32,000 nt of DNA from Okeania sp. Its GTDB lineage: Bacteria; Cyanobacteriota; Cyanobacteriia; Cyanobacteriales; Microcoleaceae. Position 1 is the stretch's first letter; each line of letters starts with the position of its first letter. Location: NCBI RefSeq assembly GCF_035285525.1, contig NZ_JAYKGW010000154.1, positions 1-32,000 on the forward strand, given 5' to 3'. A program made the position numbers and the translations under genes. The notes beneath the pieces were generated by a model that saw only the letters and a list, made by a program, of their open reading frames with translations, was not told the origin of the DNA and ran no database searches. Shown here one piece after another: positions 7,964-16,426 of this stretch.

Positions 7964-9226
7964 ATGACTATTATTCAAGAAAAAACTTTAGCAGACAAAA
8001 CCCGCGCAGATTTTCCAATTTTAAATCAGAAAATAAATGGTAAACCACTGGTTTATTTAGATAATGCTGCTACTTCCCAAAAACCTCTAACAGTTTTAAA
8101 TACTTGGCAGAAATATTATCTCAAATATAATGCCAATGTACACCGAGGTATTCATACTTTAAGCTCCAAAGCAACAGATGCTTATGAAGGAGCAAGAGAT
8201 AAAGTAGCTACTTTTATTAATGCTGCATCTCGGAATGAAATTGTTTATACTCGAAATGCTAGTGAAGCTATTAATTTAGTTGCCTATTCTTGGGGTTTAA
8301 ATAATCTCAAACCAGGAGACGAAATAATTGTTTCTGTTATCGAACATCATAGTAATTTTGTTCCTTGGCAAATGATTGCTCAAAAAACTGGAGCAGTTTT
8401 AAAATTTGTCGAACTAACAGAAACTCAAGAATTTAATTTAGAACAATATAAAACCTTAGTTTCCGACAAAACCAAGTTAGTAGCAGTCGGTCATATTTCT
8501 AATGTTTTAGGTTGTATTAATCCAGTCAAAGAAATTTGTTCAATTGCTCATCAAAATGGAGCCAAAGTCTTAATAGATGCTTGCCAAAGTGTACCTCATA
8601 CTGTAGTAAATGTACAAGAAATAAACTGTGATTGGTTAGTAGCTTCAGGTCATAAAATGTGCGCTCCTACTGGTATTGGTTTTCTCTATGGAAAATTAGA
8701 ATTACTAGAAGAAATGCCACCATTTTTAGGAGGAGGTGAAATGATTTCCGAAGTATTTCTTGACCATTCCACCTATGCAGAATTACCCCATAAATTTGAA
8801 GCAGGAACCCCAGCTATTGGAGAAGCGATCGCTCTGGGTGCAGCAGTAGATTATCTGACAAATATAGGTATGGAAAATATCCATAATTATGAAGCAGAAT
8901 TAACTGCTTATTTGTTTAAAAAATTAGGTCAAATTCCTGAAATTACTATTTACGGACCTCAACCAAATAGTGATGGTGAAGGTAGAGCAGCATTAGCATC
9001 TTTTACAGTAGAAAATATTCATCCCAATGATTTATCAACAATGTTAGATGAAGCAGGAATAGCTATTCGTTCTGGTCATCATTGCGCTCAACCTTTACAT
9101 CAATATTTAAAAGTTTCATCCACCGCAAGAGCAAGTTTATCTTTCTATAATACTCGTGATGATATTGATGCTTTTATTATTGCTTTAAAAGACACAATCG
9201 AATTTTTTGCTAATATTATGGGTTAA
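7964..9226 (+). CDS. sufS: SufS, group II cysteine desulfurase (PLP-dependent)
   Basis: 420 aa. PLP-lysine context [13 protein letters not shown], catalytic Cys context [10 protein letters not shown], and HRGIHTLS near the N-terminus. Confidence 0.95.
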   Translation: MTIIQEKTLADKTRADFPILNQKINGKPLVYLDNAATSQKPLTVLNTWQKYYLKYNANVHRGIHTLSSKATDAYEGARDKVATFINAASRNEIVYTRNASEAINLVAYSWGLNNLKPGDEIIVSVIEHHSNFVPWQMIAQKTGAVLKFVELTETQEFNLEQYKTLVSDKTKLVAVGHISNVLGCINPVKEICSIAHQNGAKVLIDACQSVPHTVVNVQEINCDWLVASGHKMCAPTGIGFLYGKLELLEEMPPFLGGGEMISEVFLDHSTYAELPHKFEAGTPAIGEAIALGAAVDYLTNIGMENIHNYEAELTAYLFKKLGQIPEITIYGPQPNSDGEGRAALASFTVENIHPNDLSTMLDEAGIAIRSGHHCAQPLHQYLKVSSTARASLSFYNTRDDIDAFIIALKDTIEFFANIMG

Positions 9227-9289
9227 ACTAAGGAAGAAGGAAGAAGAAAGAAGAAATTTTTTTTCCAACTAATATAAGTTGTAACATTT

Positions 9290-9479
9290 TATAGAACCCC
9301 TAATCGTATCTTTGCAAAAGTGAGGATTTAAAGAAAGGAGTCAGGAGTGAGGATTTCCAGAAATAGAATAGAGAAAAAAGTATAAAAATACCCCCATTAT
9401 GCACCATCTACCCTACTCCCCTACTCCCCTACTCCCCTACTCCCCAGCTAATTTTATAGAGCAGCTTAGGGGTTCTATA
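9290..9479. mobile_element. 190-bp MITE-like element bounded by perfect 14-bp terminal inverted repeats TATAGAACCCCTAA / TTAGGGGTTCTATA; contains a (CCCTACTC)x4 octamer array at 9411-9445
   Basis: TIRs read directly at 9290-9303 and 9466-9479. I found no ORF inside it. Confidence 0.6.
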
Positions 9480-9763
9480 GTAGGGGTTTGGAGACCAAAC
9501 CCAAGCTAAAACGGTGCGTTACGACAGATTATTAAATGCCTTTTTATAGTTAATTTGTGTGGGTATTTTCATGTTTAATCTCAGCCGTTTCGCTGCGCGG
9601 CATGAAAAACGCAGCTTTGCGAAACGCAAAAACGCACTCTACAAACTTTGTTAATCATACTGCTATAAAATGTTCAATTTTTTTTACTAATATAAATTGT
9701 AACGTTTTATAGTAGGGGTTGGGTCTCCAAACCAAATCAAAAATGTGATTTGAAAACCAAAAA

Positions 9764-9791
9764 GTAGGGAAGTTGTATGCAACGTCCCTAC
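9764..9791. repeat. 28-nt palindromic dispersed repeat GTAGGGAAGTTGTATGCAACGTCCCTAC
   Basis: Near-identical to 30448-30475, which lies inside the second PKS. The ATG that starts track ORF 9777 lies in its loop. Confidence 0.85.
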
Positions 9792-9842
9792 AGGTTTATA
9801 ATTTATCAAATTACAAATTTTTTCCAACTAATAGAGGTTATT

Positions 9843-10220
9843 ATGAGAGAGTGGAATCTAAATAAACTGATAGTTATTAACTTAATTATTTTGAATATTG
9901 CGATTATTTTCCTAGCAGTAGCCTTAATTTTTTCACCCTATCAAACTTTAGCAACTTCTCTTCCTGAAACTAAAGAAAAAACCGAGCCAAAAATTGAATC
10001 AATAAATTCAGAAAAGTTAGCTCAGAGTAGGAAGATAAAATATGAATATAAAGTTGAATATCAATTTGGTTTTCCTCAAAGTGAGCAAGAAAGAAGCCAA
10101 TATACAGAAGCTTTAAATAATGCTGGAAAAGATGGATGGGAATTAAGTCAAACTGATGTTGTTTTTAATCCTACTAACGGACGAGGATTATATATCCTCA
10201 TTTTCAAAAGACAAAAATAA
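9843..10220 (+). CDS. Small membrane-anchored protein with a DUF4177-like C-terminal domain (tentative)
   Basis: The start is moved to MREWNL.., because the ATG at 9777 sits inside a palindromic repeat. An N-terminal TM helix (LIVINLIILNIAIIFLAVALIF) is followed by KYEYKVEY...LNNAGKDGWELSQ...LYILIFKRQ, which resembles the DUF4177 pattern as I recall it. Confidence 0.55.
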   Translation: MREWNLNKLIVINLIILNIAIIFLAVALIFSPYQTLATSLPETKEKTEPKIESINSEKLAQSRKIKYEYKVEYQFGFPQSEQERSQYTEALNNAGKDGWELSQTDVVFNPTNGRGLYILIFKRQK

Positions 10221-10402
10221 ATCTTAATTCTTATCTTCAAAATGTGGAAAAAACCTAACTGCCAATCCCCTTTCCTGCTGCCATATTTCAAAGCTATCCC
10301 TTGTTTAATTGGGAAAATAGCAAAAATATCAAAAGACAATTTATCATACTAAAAAAAAGCTATCATACTGTCAAGCTGAAGATAGAAGAAATAGAAAAAA
10401 TT

Positions 10403-11011
10403 ATGTCAAAAACTAAACCATATCAACCTTTTTTGCTCCGTTTATTTCATAATATCAATGGTTTATTAGTAATAGCTTGTATAATTACAGGATTTTTGGT
10501 TTATGACAGTTGGGATGGTAGATTTGGCAAAATCGGTTTGACTATCAAAAACCGTAGTTTAATAGATATTCATGGAACTTTTGCTTTTGCTTTATTCTTT
10601 GTATTTTTGGGATTTATTATAGTTAGTATTAAAGTTGGTAAAAGCCGTTTAGTCAAATCAGATGATTGGCAAAAATTGACAAAGAACGTGGGTAAAAATA
10701 TTTGGTGGTATACACTGCATCGCGCAGTGAATACCACAATTTTATTCTCAGCAATACTATCAATAGGTTCAGGGAAATTTCAAAATGAAAATTGGTTGGC
10801 TAATGGTGAAATTTATCATTTTTGGTACTCCCTGCATCTGATAAGTTGGCTAATCATGTTATTGGCGATCGCTACTCACTTATTAATGAGTACTAAAGTA
10901 GGTGGATATCCTCTCATTTTATCCATGTTTAATACCAAATATATGCCCCAAGAAAGCCCGAAATTATGGCTAGAAAAAATTATAGTTTGGTTAAAACACC
11001 CTAGATGGTAA
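10403..11011 (+). CDS. Cytochrome b561 / Ni-hydrogenase b-type cytochrome family-like membrane protein (tentative)
   Basis: Start chosen at the ATG (MSKTKPYQPF..). It has RLFHNINGLLVIACIITG (the R.H...A......TG pattern) and four predicted TM helices with conserved-looking His (DIHGTF, LHRAVN, ATHLL). Confidence 0.5.
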   Translation: MSKTKPYQPFLLRLFHNINGLLVIACIITGFLVYDSWDGRFGKIGLTIKNRSLIDIHGTFAFALFFVFLGFIIVSIKVGKSRLVKSDDWQKLTKNVGKNIWWYTLHRAVNTTILFSAILSIGSGKFQNENWLANGEIYHFWYSLHLISWLIMLLAIATHLLMSTKVGGYPLILSMFNTKYMPQESPKLWLEKIIVWLKHPRW

Positions 11012-11379
11012 TTCAATAATTAACATTGTTCATTATTAATTGCTAAACTCTTTTTTATAAATAAGAGAACTGACTAAAATTATGATTTTTTCTTTTTTCT
11101 CCATGAATAGAAAGCCTTTATACCTGAATTTTTCCGGTGTATCTCATATTTGCCAAAATACTTTTTTCCTATTGTCAATTTTTAGTTTTGAAAGATAGTT
11201 GCTTCTTTACATTAAAATTCACATTTGACACTCCATAATGTAAAAAAAATACTTCAGTAGAAGGTAACAATAACTGATAAATGCTCGGAAAATAAAGGTA
11301 TAAAGTTTCTCCATGAATGGAGAAAAAATAAACAAATTCCTTTTAGTTAATCCTCTTTTTTATTAAGAAGAGGTAATTA

Positions 11380-12621
11380 TTAATTGTTAGTCATAGCTAT
11401 CATGCGATCATAAACATAACGAGATAACTGAGGAAATATCTCCTGATCATTATGATAAGCAGCATCTTCTCCAAAAATAGCCAAAATATAAATAGCTTTA
11501 TCATCCAAAGTTCTGACAAACGCTACCTCCATACGATGTTTAGTAGTCAAACCAACTTTAGAACCAAAATAAATATTAGGAGGTAAAGACTCACCCAAAA
11601 AACCTTTAATATTGTCAGTATCATCTGGCAATGCTCCCGGTCTTAAATCTCTCGTTAATAAATAAGCCATTCTCGTGCTATATTTCTGTGAAACTGCCTG
11701 CCTAGTGTATATTTCATACATTAATCGAATAGCATGGTCAGTGGAAATTAAATTGCTCAGAAACTTACCATTTTCTTGTCTTAGTTGGCGATCGCGACCT
11801 ACCGGACCAGTTTGACTAGGAGAATATATAGGGTAATTTTTCGTACTCACAATTAAACCTTGATAACCTGCTTTTTGAAAAAAATCATTGACTGACTTTC
11901 TTTTTTCTAACCAAGTATTTAATTTTTCTCCTGCTAATTCATCTCCGGATTTCGTATTAGTAATTGCATCCAAAATTATACCAGCAGAATCATTATGAGA
12001 CTTCTGCATCATCAATTTTAAATCTTCATGGAACTTAGATTCATCATCAATCAAACCTTGTTCAACTGCCCCATAAAATGCAGCCATCCAAAATAATTTA
12101 GCCACACTAGCAGGATATCTCAAAACTTGATTTTGATATCCAGCAAATGTGTGAACATCTTGGTTACTAACATCTATTAAACTAATAGATAAAGACTCTG
12201 TAGGTAGCCCTTTTTCTGTAACAATATTAACTAATTCATTAACTACTTCTTGTAACTGTGAACTAAAGCGTTTGTATGGTTCTTTACGAACATTATAGGC
12301 AAACCCTAAATCTTCAAGAGGTTGTTCTGGAACTGGGGAAACATAAGGTGGTACAAGAGTAGGTGATAGAGAAGATTCAGGAGTAGATATAGATGTTTCT
12401 GAAACTGGACGGCCTCTAAAAGGCAAACTAATAACCCAGCTAACTGTCATTAGTAAAGCAACTAAAATCAATATATTTTTATATTTTAACTTTGATAATA
12501 TTACTTTTGCATTTTGAGTTTTAACTCGTCGAGGTACTTTAACTGGTCGTTGCTTAACTACCGGATATGATGGACGAACTCGACGACTAAATGTCTTAGG
12601 TGGTAGCTTTTCTGCTTGCAT
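11380..12621 (-). CDS. Serine hydrolase with class A beta-lactamase fold, with an N-terminal basic region and membrane anchor
   Basis: 413 aa. It has an S-x-x-K motif in RYPASVAKLFWM, a TM helix (ILILVALLMTVSWVISL) and an overall class A-like length after the anchor. Confidence 0.65.
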   Translation of the reverse strand: MQAEKLPPKTFSRRVRPSYPVVKQRPVKVPRRVKTQNAKVILSKLKYKNILILVALLMTVSWVISLPFRGRPVSETSISTPESSLSPTLVPPYVSPVPEQPLEDLGFAYNVRKEPYKRFSSQLQEVVNELVNIVTEKGLPTESLSISLIDVSNQDVHTFAGYQNQVLRYPASVAKLFWMAAFYGAVEQGLIDDESKFHEDLKLMMQKSHNDSAGIILDAITNTKSGDELAGEKLNTWLEKRKSVNDFFQKAGYQGLIVSTKNYPIYSPSQTGPVGRDRQLRQENGKFLSNLISTDHAIRLMYEIYTRQAVSQKYSTRMAYLLTRDLRPGALPDDTDNIKGFLGESLPPNIYFGSKVGLTTKHRMEVAFVRTLDDKAIYILAIFGEDAAYHNDQEIFPQLSRYVYDRMIAMTNN

Positions 12622-13369
12622 TTGAATAGTATATTAGAAATATAAGTGATAATAATTTTCTTCTCTATCAAGACTCTACTATAATATATACTTAAATTTT
12701 CAACTATAATTCAGAAAATTGATTTAGAGGCCAGTATCTTTAAAGAGGATGATGAGGGTATTGTACTATAATCATCTTTAAATTTACTTAAATTATTTGC
12801 ATAATTTCAGAATCATTTATTTTAATAGGTTGGCAAATTTTTATCTGTAATCTAAATTACCAAAAGGTACTAATTAAAACTGATATATTTTTTTGATAAA
12901 ATTAAAAATAATTATCAGTTATTACTTTCAATAATCTGAATGAAATGATAGGGTCATATTTTTATATAATAAATAATTGTATGGCAATAGTATTTGTCCC
13001 TTATGCAGCTTAAATCAACTATGATTTTCATAGCAATAATAAAATTAAAAATTGGGACTATCAAGTCAAAATGAAACTAGGGACAAATGATGAGTAACTT
13101 TATTAAAGTAACATCAAATATGATTATAGTCATCCACTGATTAGTGCCCAACTTACCTATCTTCAGCAATATCTAAAAAATCAAGCCTGATATCTATATG
13201 TTGATTTAATAGATAAACCTTGAAGCATAGGTATTCATTCAGGAAAAAGTATTTAGTAGTTGTCCATAAAAATAAGTGGATAAAATTTACTTTTTATTTA
13301 CAAAAAAGTGTTTTATTTACAAAATTATGTTAAGATAATAGCAACTCTTAAAATAAAAGGAGAAAAAAT

Positions 13370-13669
13370 ATGGCCTCAGATAAAAAGATCAAAGCAGTAA
13401 CCGTTCTGCGTAGCGACGCAGATTTTGGTGGTATTCCAGATACGATTAGTGGCAGTAAAAAAACCAAGAAGAAAAAGAAAAAACAAAGTATAGGAATGCT
13501 AGAGAAGCCTGTATTAGATTTAGCTAAACAGTTTGATAAGGCAACCACCGCATACAGAGAGGGTCACGAAAAGTCTAACTCCAAAAAAAGAGATGGTTGG
13601 ATCAAAGATTTACCAAAAAACAGTACCAAAGCTTTAGGTAAGTTTAAAATTCCTTTTAGCCCTTTTTAA
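13370..13669 (+). CDS. Small Lys-rich hypothetical protein (99 aa)
   Basis: Strong SD AAGGAG at 13357-13362, 7 nt before the ATG. The protein contains KKTKKKKKKQ. I recognise no family. Confidence 0.45.
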   Translation: MASDKKIKAVTVLRSDADFGGIPDTISGSKKTKKKKKKQSIGMLEKPVLDLAKQFDKATTAYREGHEKSNSKKRDGWIKDLPKNSTKALGKFKIPFSPF

Positions 13670-13991
13670 TATTCCGGGAAAATCGTAACGTTAGCAAAAA
13701 AATGATGATCTGAATCAAAGAGATCATAAAAATCAATGCTAACTTTAATAGTATCTGTTAAAAAGAATAACTTACTAGGCAAGCAGTGTCATTCAAGGGA
13801 TAACCTAAGACATTGAGAGTTGAGAATACCTTTAATTCTCATATCGTTAAAGTTGGTAAGGTTTCAAGCACTATTAAAAGCTTGTTGACTAATAGGTTAT
13901 CTCGTGTGTTAGTTGTTTAGCACCTAGACAACTTGAATCCCAAAATAGCATAAAAAAAATAATTCCATTCGTAACAGCCACATTAGTTAGT

Positions 13992-14095
13992 TAGGACTTA
14001 CGCATACGAAACCCGGTTTCTAGGATAAATCGTTGTTTTTGAGCAATAGCAGTCTACGATAAACTTGGTTTCTGGGATCATCTGCGTAAGTCCTG
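13992..14095. mobile_element. 104-bp MITE (TIR AGGACTTACGCA / TGCGTAAGTCCT) flanked by the 5-bp direct repeat TTAGT
   Basis: TIRs at 13993-14004 and 14083-14094. TTAGT at 13987-13991 and 14096-14100. The internal GAAACCCGGTTTC palindrome is shared with the 5586-5776 element. Confidence 0.75.
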
Positions 14096-14387
14096 TTAGT
14101 AAATTTATTCCTGATTACTAACGTTGTGGTTAGTTACCAAATCATTGCCAAACAAAATACTTAAATCAAAATCAAGAATATGACATTAAGCTTATACAGG
14201 ACTTAAGCAAAGGCAACATATACAGCGTATGGTTCTGTGAAGCTGAGGCTAATACACCCTACTAATAGGATTCATGGGTAAGCCGAGTTAAAAAAAATCT
14301 CTTAAAGAGATATTAATGTTATTTAGAGAGTAGATTTTAGGTATGTGATGGTATTTGACTGAAAATTTTGATGAGGAGAAATAAAAA

Positions 14388-14597
14388 ATGGTAATGTCTG
14401 GAGATAAAAAGAAAGTCCAGGAAGCAAACACCATCATACTGGAGTTTGGTTCAGCAGATAGCGATGATATTAAAGACTTGCATTATGGTCAAGGTAAACT
14501 ATTTAGAAAAATAGCTAAAGCGATCGAACAACTAAAAGAATCAGGTGAAATTGCAGAGAACATACAACCTGTAATTGCTGTTGTTAAGAAAAAATAG
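14388..14597 (+). CDS. Small hypothetical protein (69 aa), acidic core with a Lys-rich N-terminus and tail
   Basis: SD AGGAG at 14374-14378, 9 nt before the ATG. Sequence: MVMSGDKKKVQEANTIILEFGSADSDDIKDLHYGQGKLFRKIAKAIEQLKESGEIAENIQPVIAVVKKK. Confidence 0.5.
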   Translation: MVMSGDKKKVQEANTIILEFGSADSDDIKDLHYGQGKLFRKIAKAIEQLKESGEIAENIQPVIAVVKKK

Positions 14598-14623
14598 AAA
14601 TTGATGCCGAGTAATAACTTGGT

Positions 14624-14727
14624 CAGGACTAAAACAGCTCCAACCCATAAACCAGGTAGGAGCGTAGATTTTTACTGCTGAAAACAACGATTACTCTTAG
14701 AAAACGGGTTTCTTTGCCTAAGTCCTG
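14624..14727. mobile_element. 104-bp MITE of the same family in opposite orientation, flanked by the 5-bp direct repeat TTGGT
   Basis: CAGGACT at 14624-14630 and AGTCCTG at 14721-14727. TTGGT at 14619-14623 and 14728-14732. Internal AAAACGGGTTTCTTTGCCTAAGTCCTG matches the left end of the 5586 element in reverse complement. Confidence 0.75.
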
Positions 14728-14961
14728 TTGGTATAATTTCAAGCAAATAGGAATAATTCTATTGAATTAAGATAGATACCTATTAATTACCTAACCAAGT
14801 AACTAGACTTGAAAAGCGCGGAAATTGCTTTGATGCAATTTCCGTTTAAATGATATAAAAATGATCCCAAAATCTTTCTGAAGAAGGGTATAGGGCATAT
14901 AGATAACTTAAATAAAAAAAAATAAATCACCTCAGTTAAACAAGGAATTGAAATAGATCAA

Positions 14962-16155
14962 GTGAAGATACTATTAGTTTGTACAGAAAAATTGCCAGTA
15001 CCTTGTATACGAGGTGGAGCTATTCAAACATATATAGATGGTATTCTACCCTACCTAAAACGAGAACATGAAATCACAGTATTCTCATTAGCAGACCCAG
15101 AACTACCAGATCGGGAAATTAGAGAAAATATTCGCTACCAACGTGCTAGTAGAACAACATCAGAAGAATACTATCAAGCAGTAGCAGATTTTGTAGCAGG
15201 ACAACAATTTGATTGGATAGTAATATACAATCGTCCCAAATATTTACCAATAGTTGCTAAGGCAGCTCCAAATACTCGGTTTCTACTAAGTATGCACAAC
15301 GAAATGTTCCATACTAAGAAGATAGAACCAGAAGAAGCAAAAATATGCTTGGATCGAGTAGAAAAGGTAGTCACGGTAAGTAAATTTATTGCTGATGGGA
15401 TAGCCAAGTTATTTCCAGAATATAAACACAAGCTACAACCTGTATATGCTGGAGTAGACCTCAAGCGTTTTCAGCCAAGATGGACAGAAGGGGGGGGAGA
15501 AAAACGCCAACAAATGTTGGCAGCTCATGGTTTAGAAGGTAAACAAGTAATCCTTTGTGTGGGCAGGTTAACAGATAAAAAAGGACCACATATTTTAATA
15601 TCTGCGATCGCCAAAGTAATCAAAAAACACCCATCTGCTGTACTATTGCTAGTAGGAAGTAAGTGGTATGGTAATAACAACGAAAATGATTATGTTCGTG
15701 AGATTAAAGGAAAAGCCGAAAAATTAGGATCGGCAGTGCAGATGACAGGATTTATTCCTCCATCAGAAGTTGCAGATTATTTCCTATTAGGTGATATATT
15801 TGTATGTGCTTCTCAATGGGAAGAGCCTCTAGCTAGAGTTCATTACGAGGCAATGGCAACTGGACTATGTACGATTACTACCGCTAGGGGAGGAAACCCA
15901 GAAGTAATTGTGCCTGGGAAAAACGGTATTGTCATCACAGATTATGAAAATCCGAATGCCTTTGCCAAGCAGATAGATTACTTATTATCTAAACCCAAGG
16001 AAAGTGAAGCAATGGGAAGAACAGGTCGTGAGTTGGCTGAACTATATTATAGTTGGTCAAGGGTGGCTTGGGATATCCTAAGTATAATAAACGATTCAAA
16101 ATCACTGCCTTTAGAGAAACTAAACTCAATAGAGCAAGATAAAGAAGCTGGATAA
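14962..16155 (+). CDS. Family 4 (GT-B fold) glycosyltransferase, GTG start
   Basis: 397 aa. N-terminal MKILLVCTEKLPVP..GGAIQTY and an E-x7-E motif in WEEPLARVHYEAMATG, followed by GGNPEVI. There is no in-frame ATG near the N-terminus. Confidence 0.85.
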   Translation: MKILLVCTEKLPVPCIRGGAIQTYIDGILPYLKREHEITVFSLADPELPDREIRENIRYQRASRTTSEEYYQAVADFVAGQQFDWIVIYNRPKYLPIVAKAAPNTRFLLSMHNEMFHTKKIEPEEAKICLDRVEKVVTVSKFIADGIAKLFPEYKHKLQPVYAGVDLKRFQPRWTEGGGEKRQQMLAAHGLEGKQVILCVGRLTDKKGPHILISAIAKVIKKHPSAVLLLVGSKWYGNNNENDYVREIKGKAEKLGSAVQMTGFIPPSEVADYFLLGDIFVCASQWEEPLARVHYEAMATGLCTITTARGGNPEVIVPGKNGIVITDYENPNAFAKQIDYLLSKPKESEAMGRTGRELAELYYSWSRVAWDILSIINDSKSLPLEKLNSIEQDKEAG

Positions 16156-16317
16156 ATCGAATCCGATTTTTCCATATCAAAGTCAGACTTACTTAATATA
16201 AGGATAGGAATTATATAAAATCCGATTGATGATACGGTAACTGTTGTATATAACCTCCTTAATCTAAGTATAGTCTCAATTTAGTTTCCAGGCTTCAATA
16301 TTTTCTTTTTTCTTAAT

Positions 16318-16345
16318 GTATGACATTTGACTCTATTTGTCATAC
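16318..16345. promoter_or_regulatory. 8-bp perfect inverted repeat GTATGACA-N12-TGTCATAC about 80 nt upstream of the PKS1 start (candidate operator or 5'-UTR hairpin)
   Basis: Read directly. The function is not demonstrated. Confidence 0.25.
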
Positions 16346-16426
16346 TACGATGACTAAATTACTCGGGTTCTACATCATACCCTAAAACCCAGAACAAACT
16401 CAAGAATATTTGTATTGGTTGATTTT

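Noticed and set aside
9777-9842. ATG at 9777 as the start of the 147-aa track ORF.
   Set aside because: This ATG is the centre of the dispersed palindrome GTAGGGAAGTTGTATGCAACGTCCCTAC, and the first 22 codons read through repeat DNA. MREWNL at 9843, followed by a TM helix, is the more plausible start.
10301-10402. TTG at 10301 as the start of the cytochrome-b561-like ORF.
   Set aside because: The N-terminal 34 aa are Lys/Ile-rich with no family features. ATG 10403 begins right before the first TM/His motif.
12846-12860. An NtcA-type site, TGTA-N8-TAC (TGTAATCTAAATTAC), with a TATATT hexamer about 22 nt downstream.
   Set aside because: GTA-N8-TAC is expected by chance several times in 32 kb of AT-rich DNA. 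This site is about 500 bp from the nearest plus-strand ORF. It is kept only as a note.
14297-14311. A perfect 7+1+7 palindrome, ATCTCTTAAAGAGAT, about 80 nt upstream of small ORF 14388, as an operator.
   Set aside because: An AT-rich palindrome of this size is plausible by chance in this composition, and I see no second copy or partner regulator.
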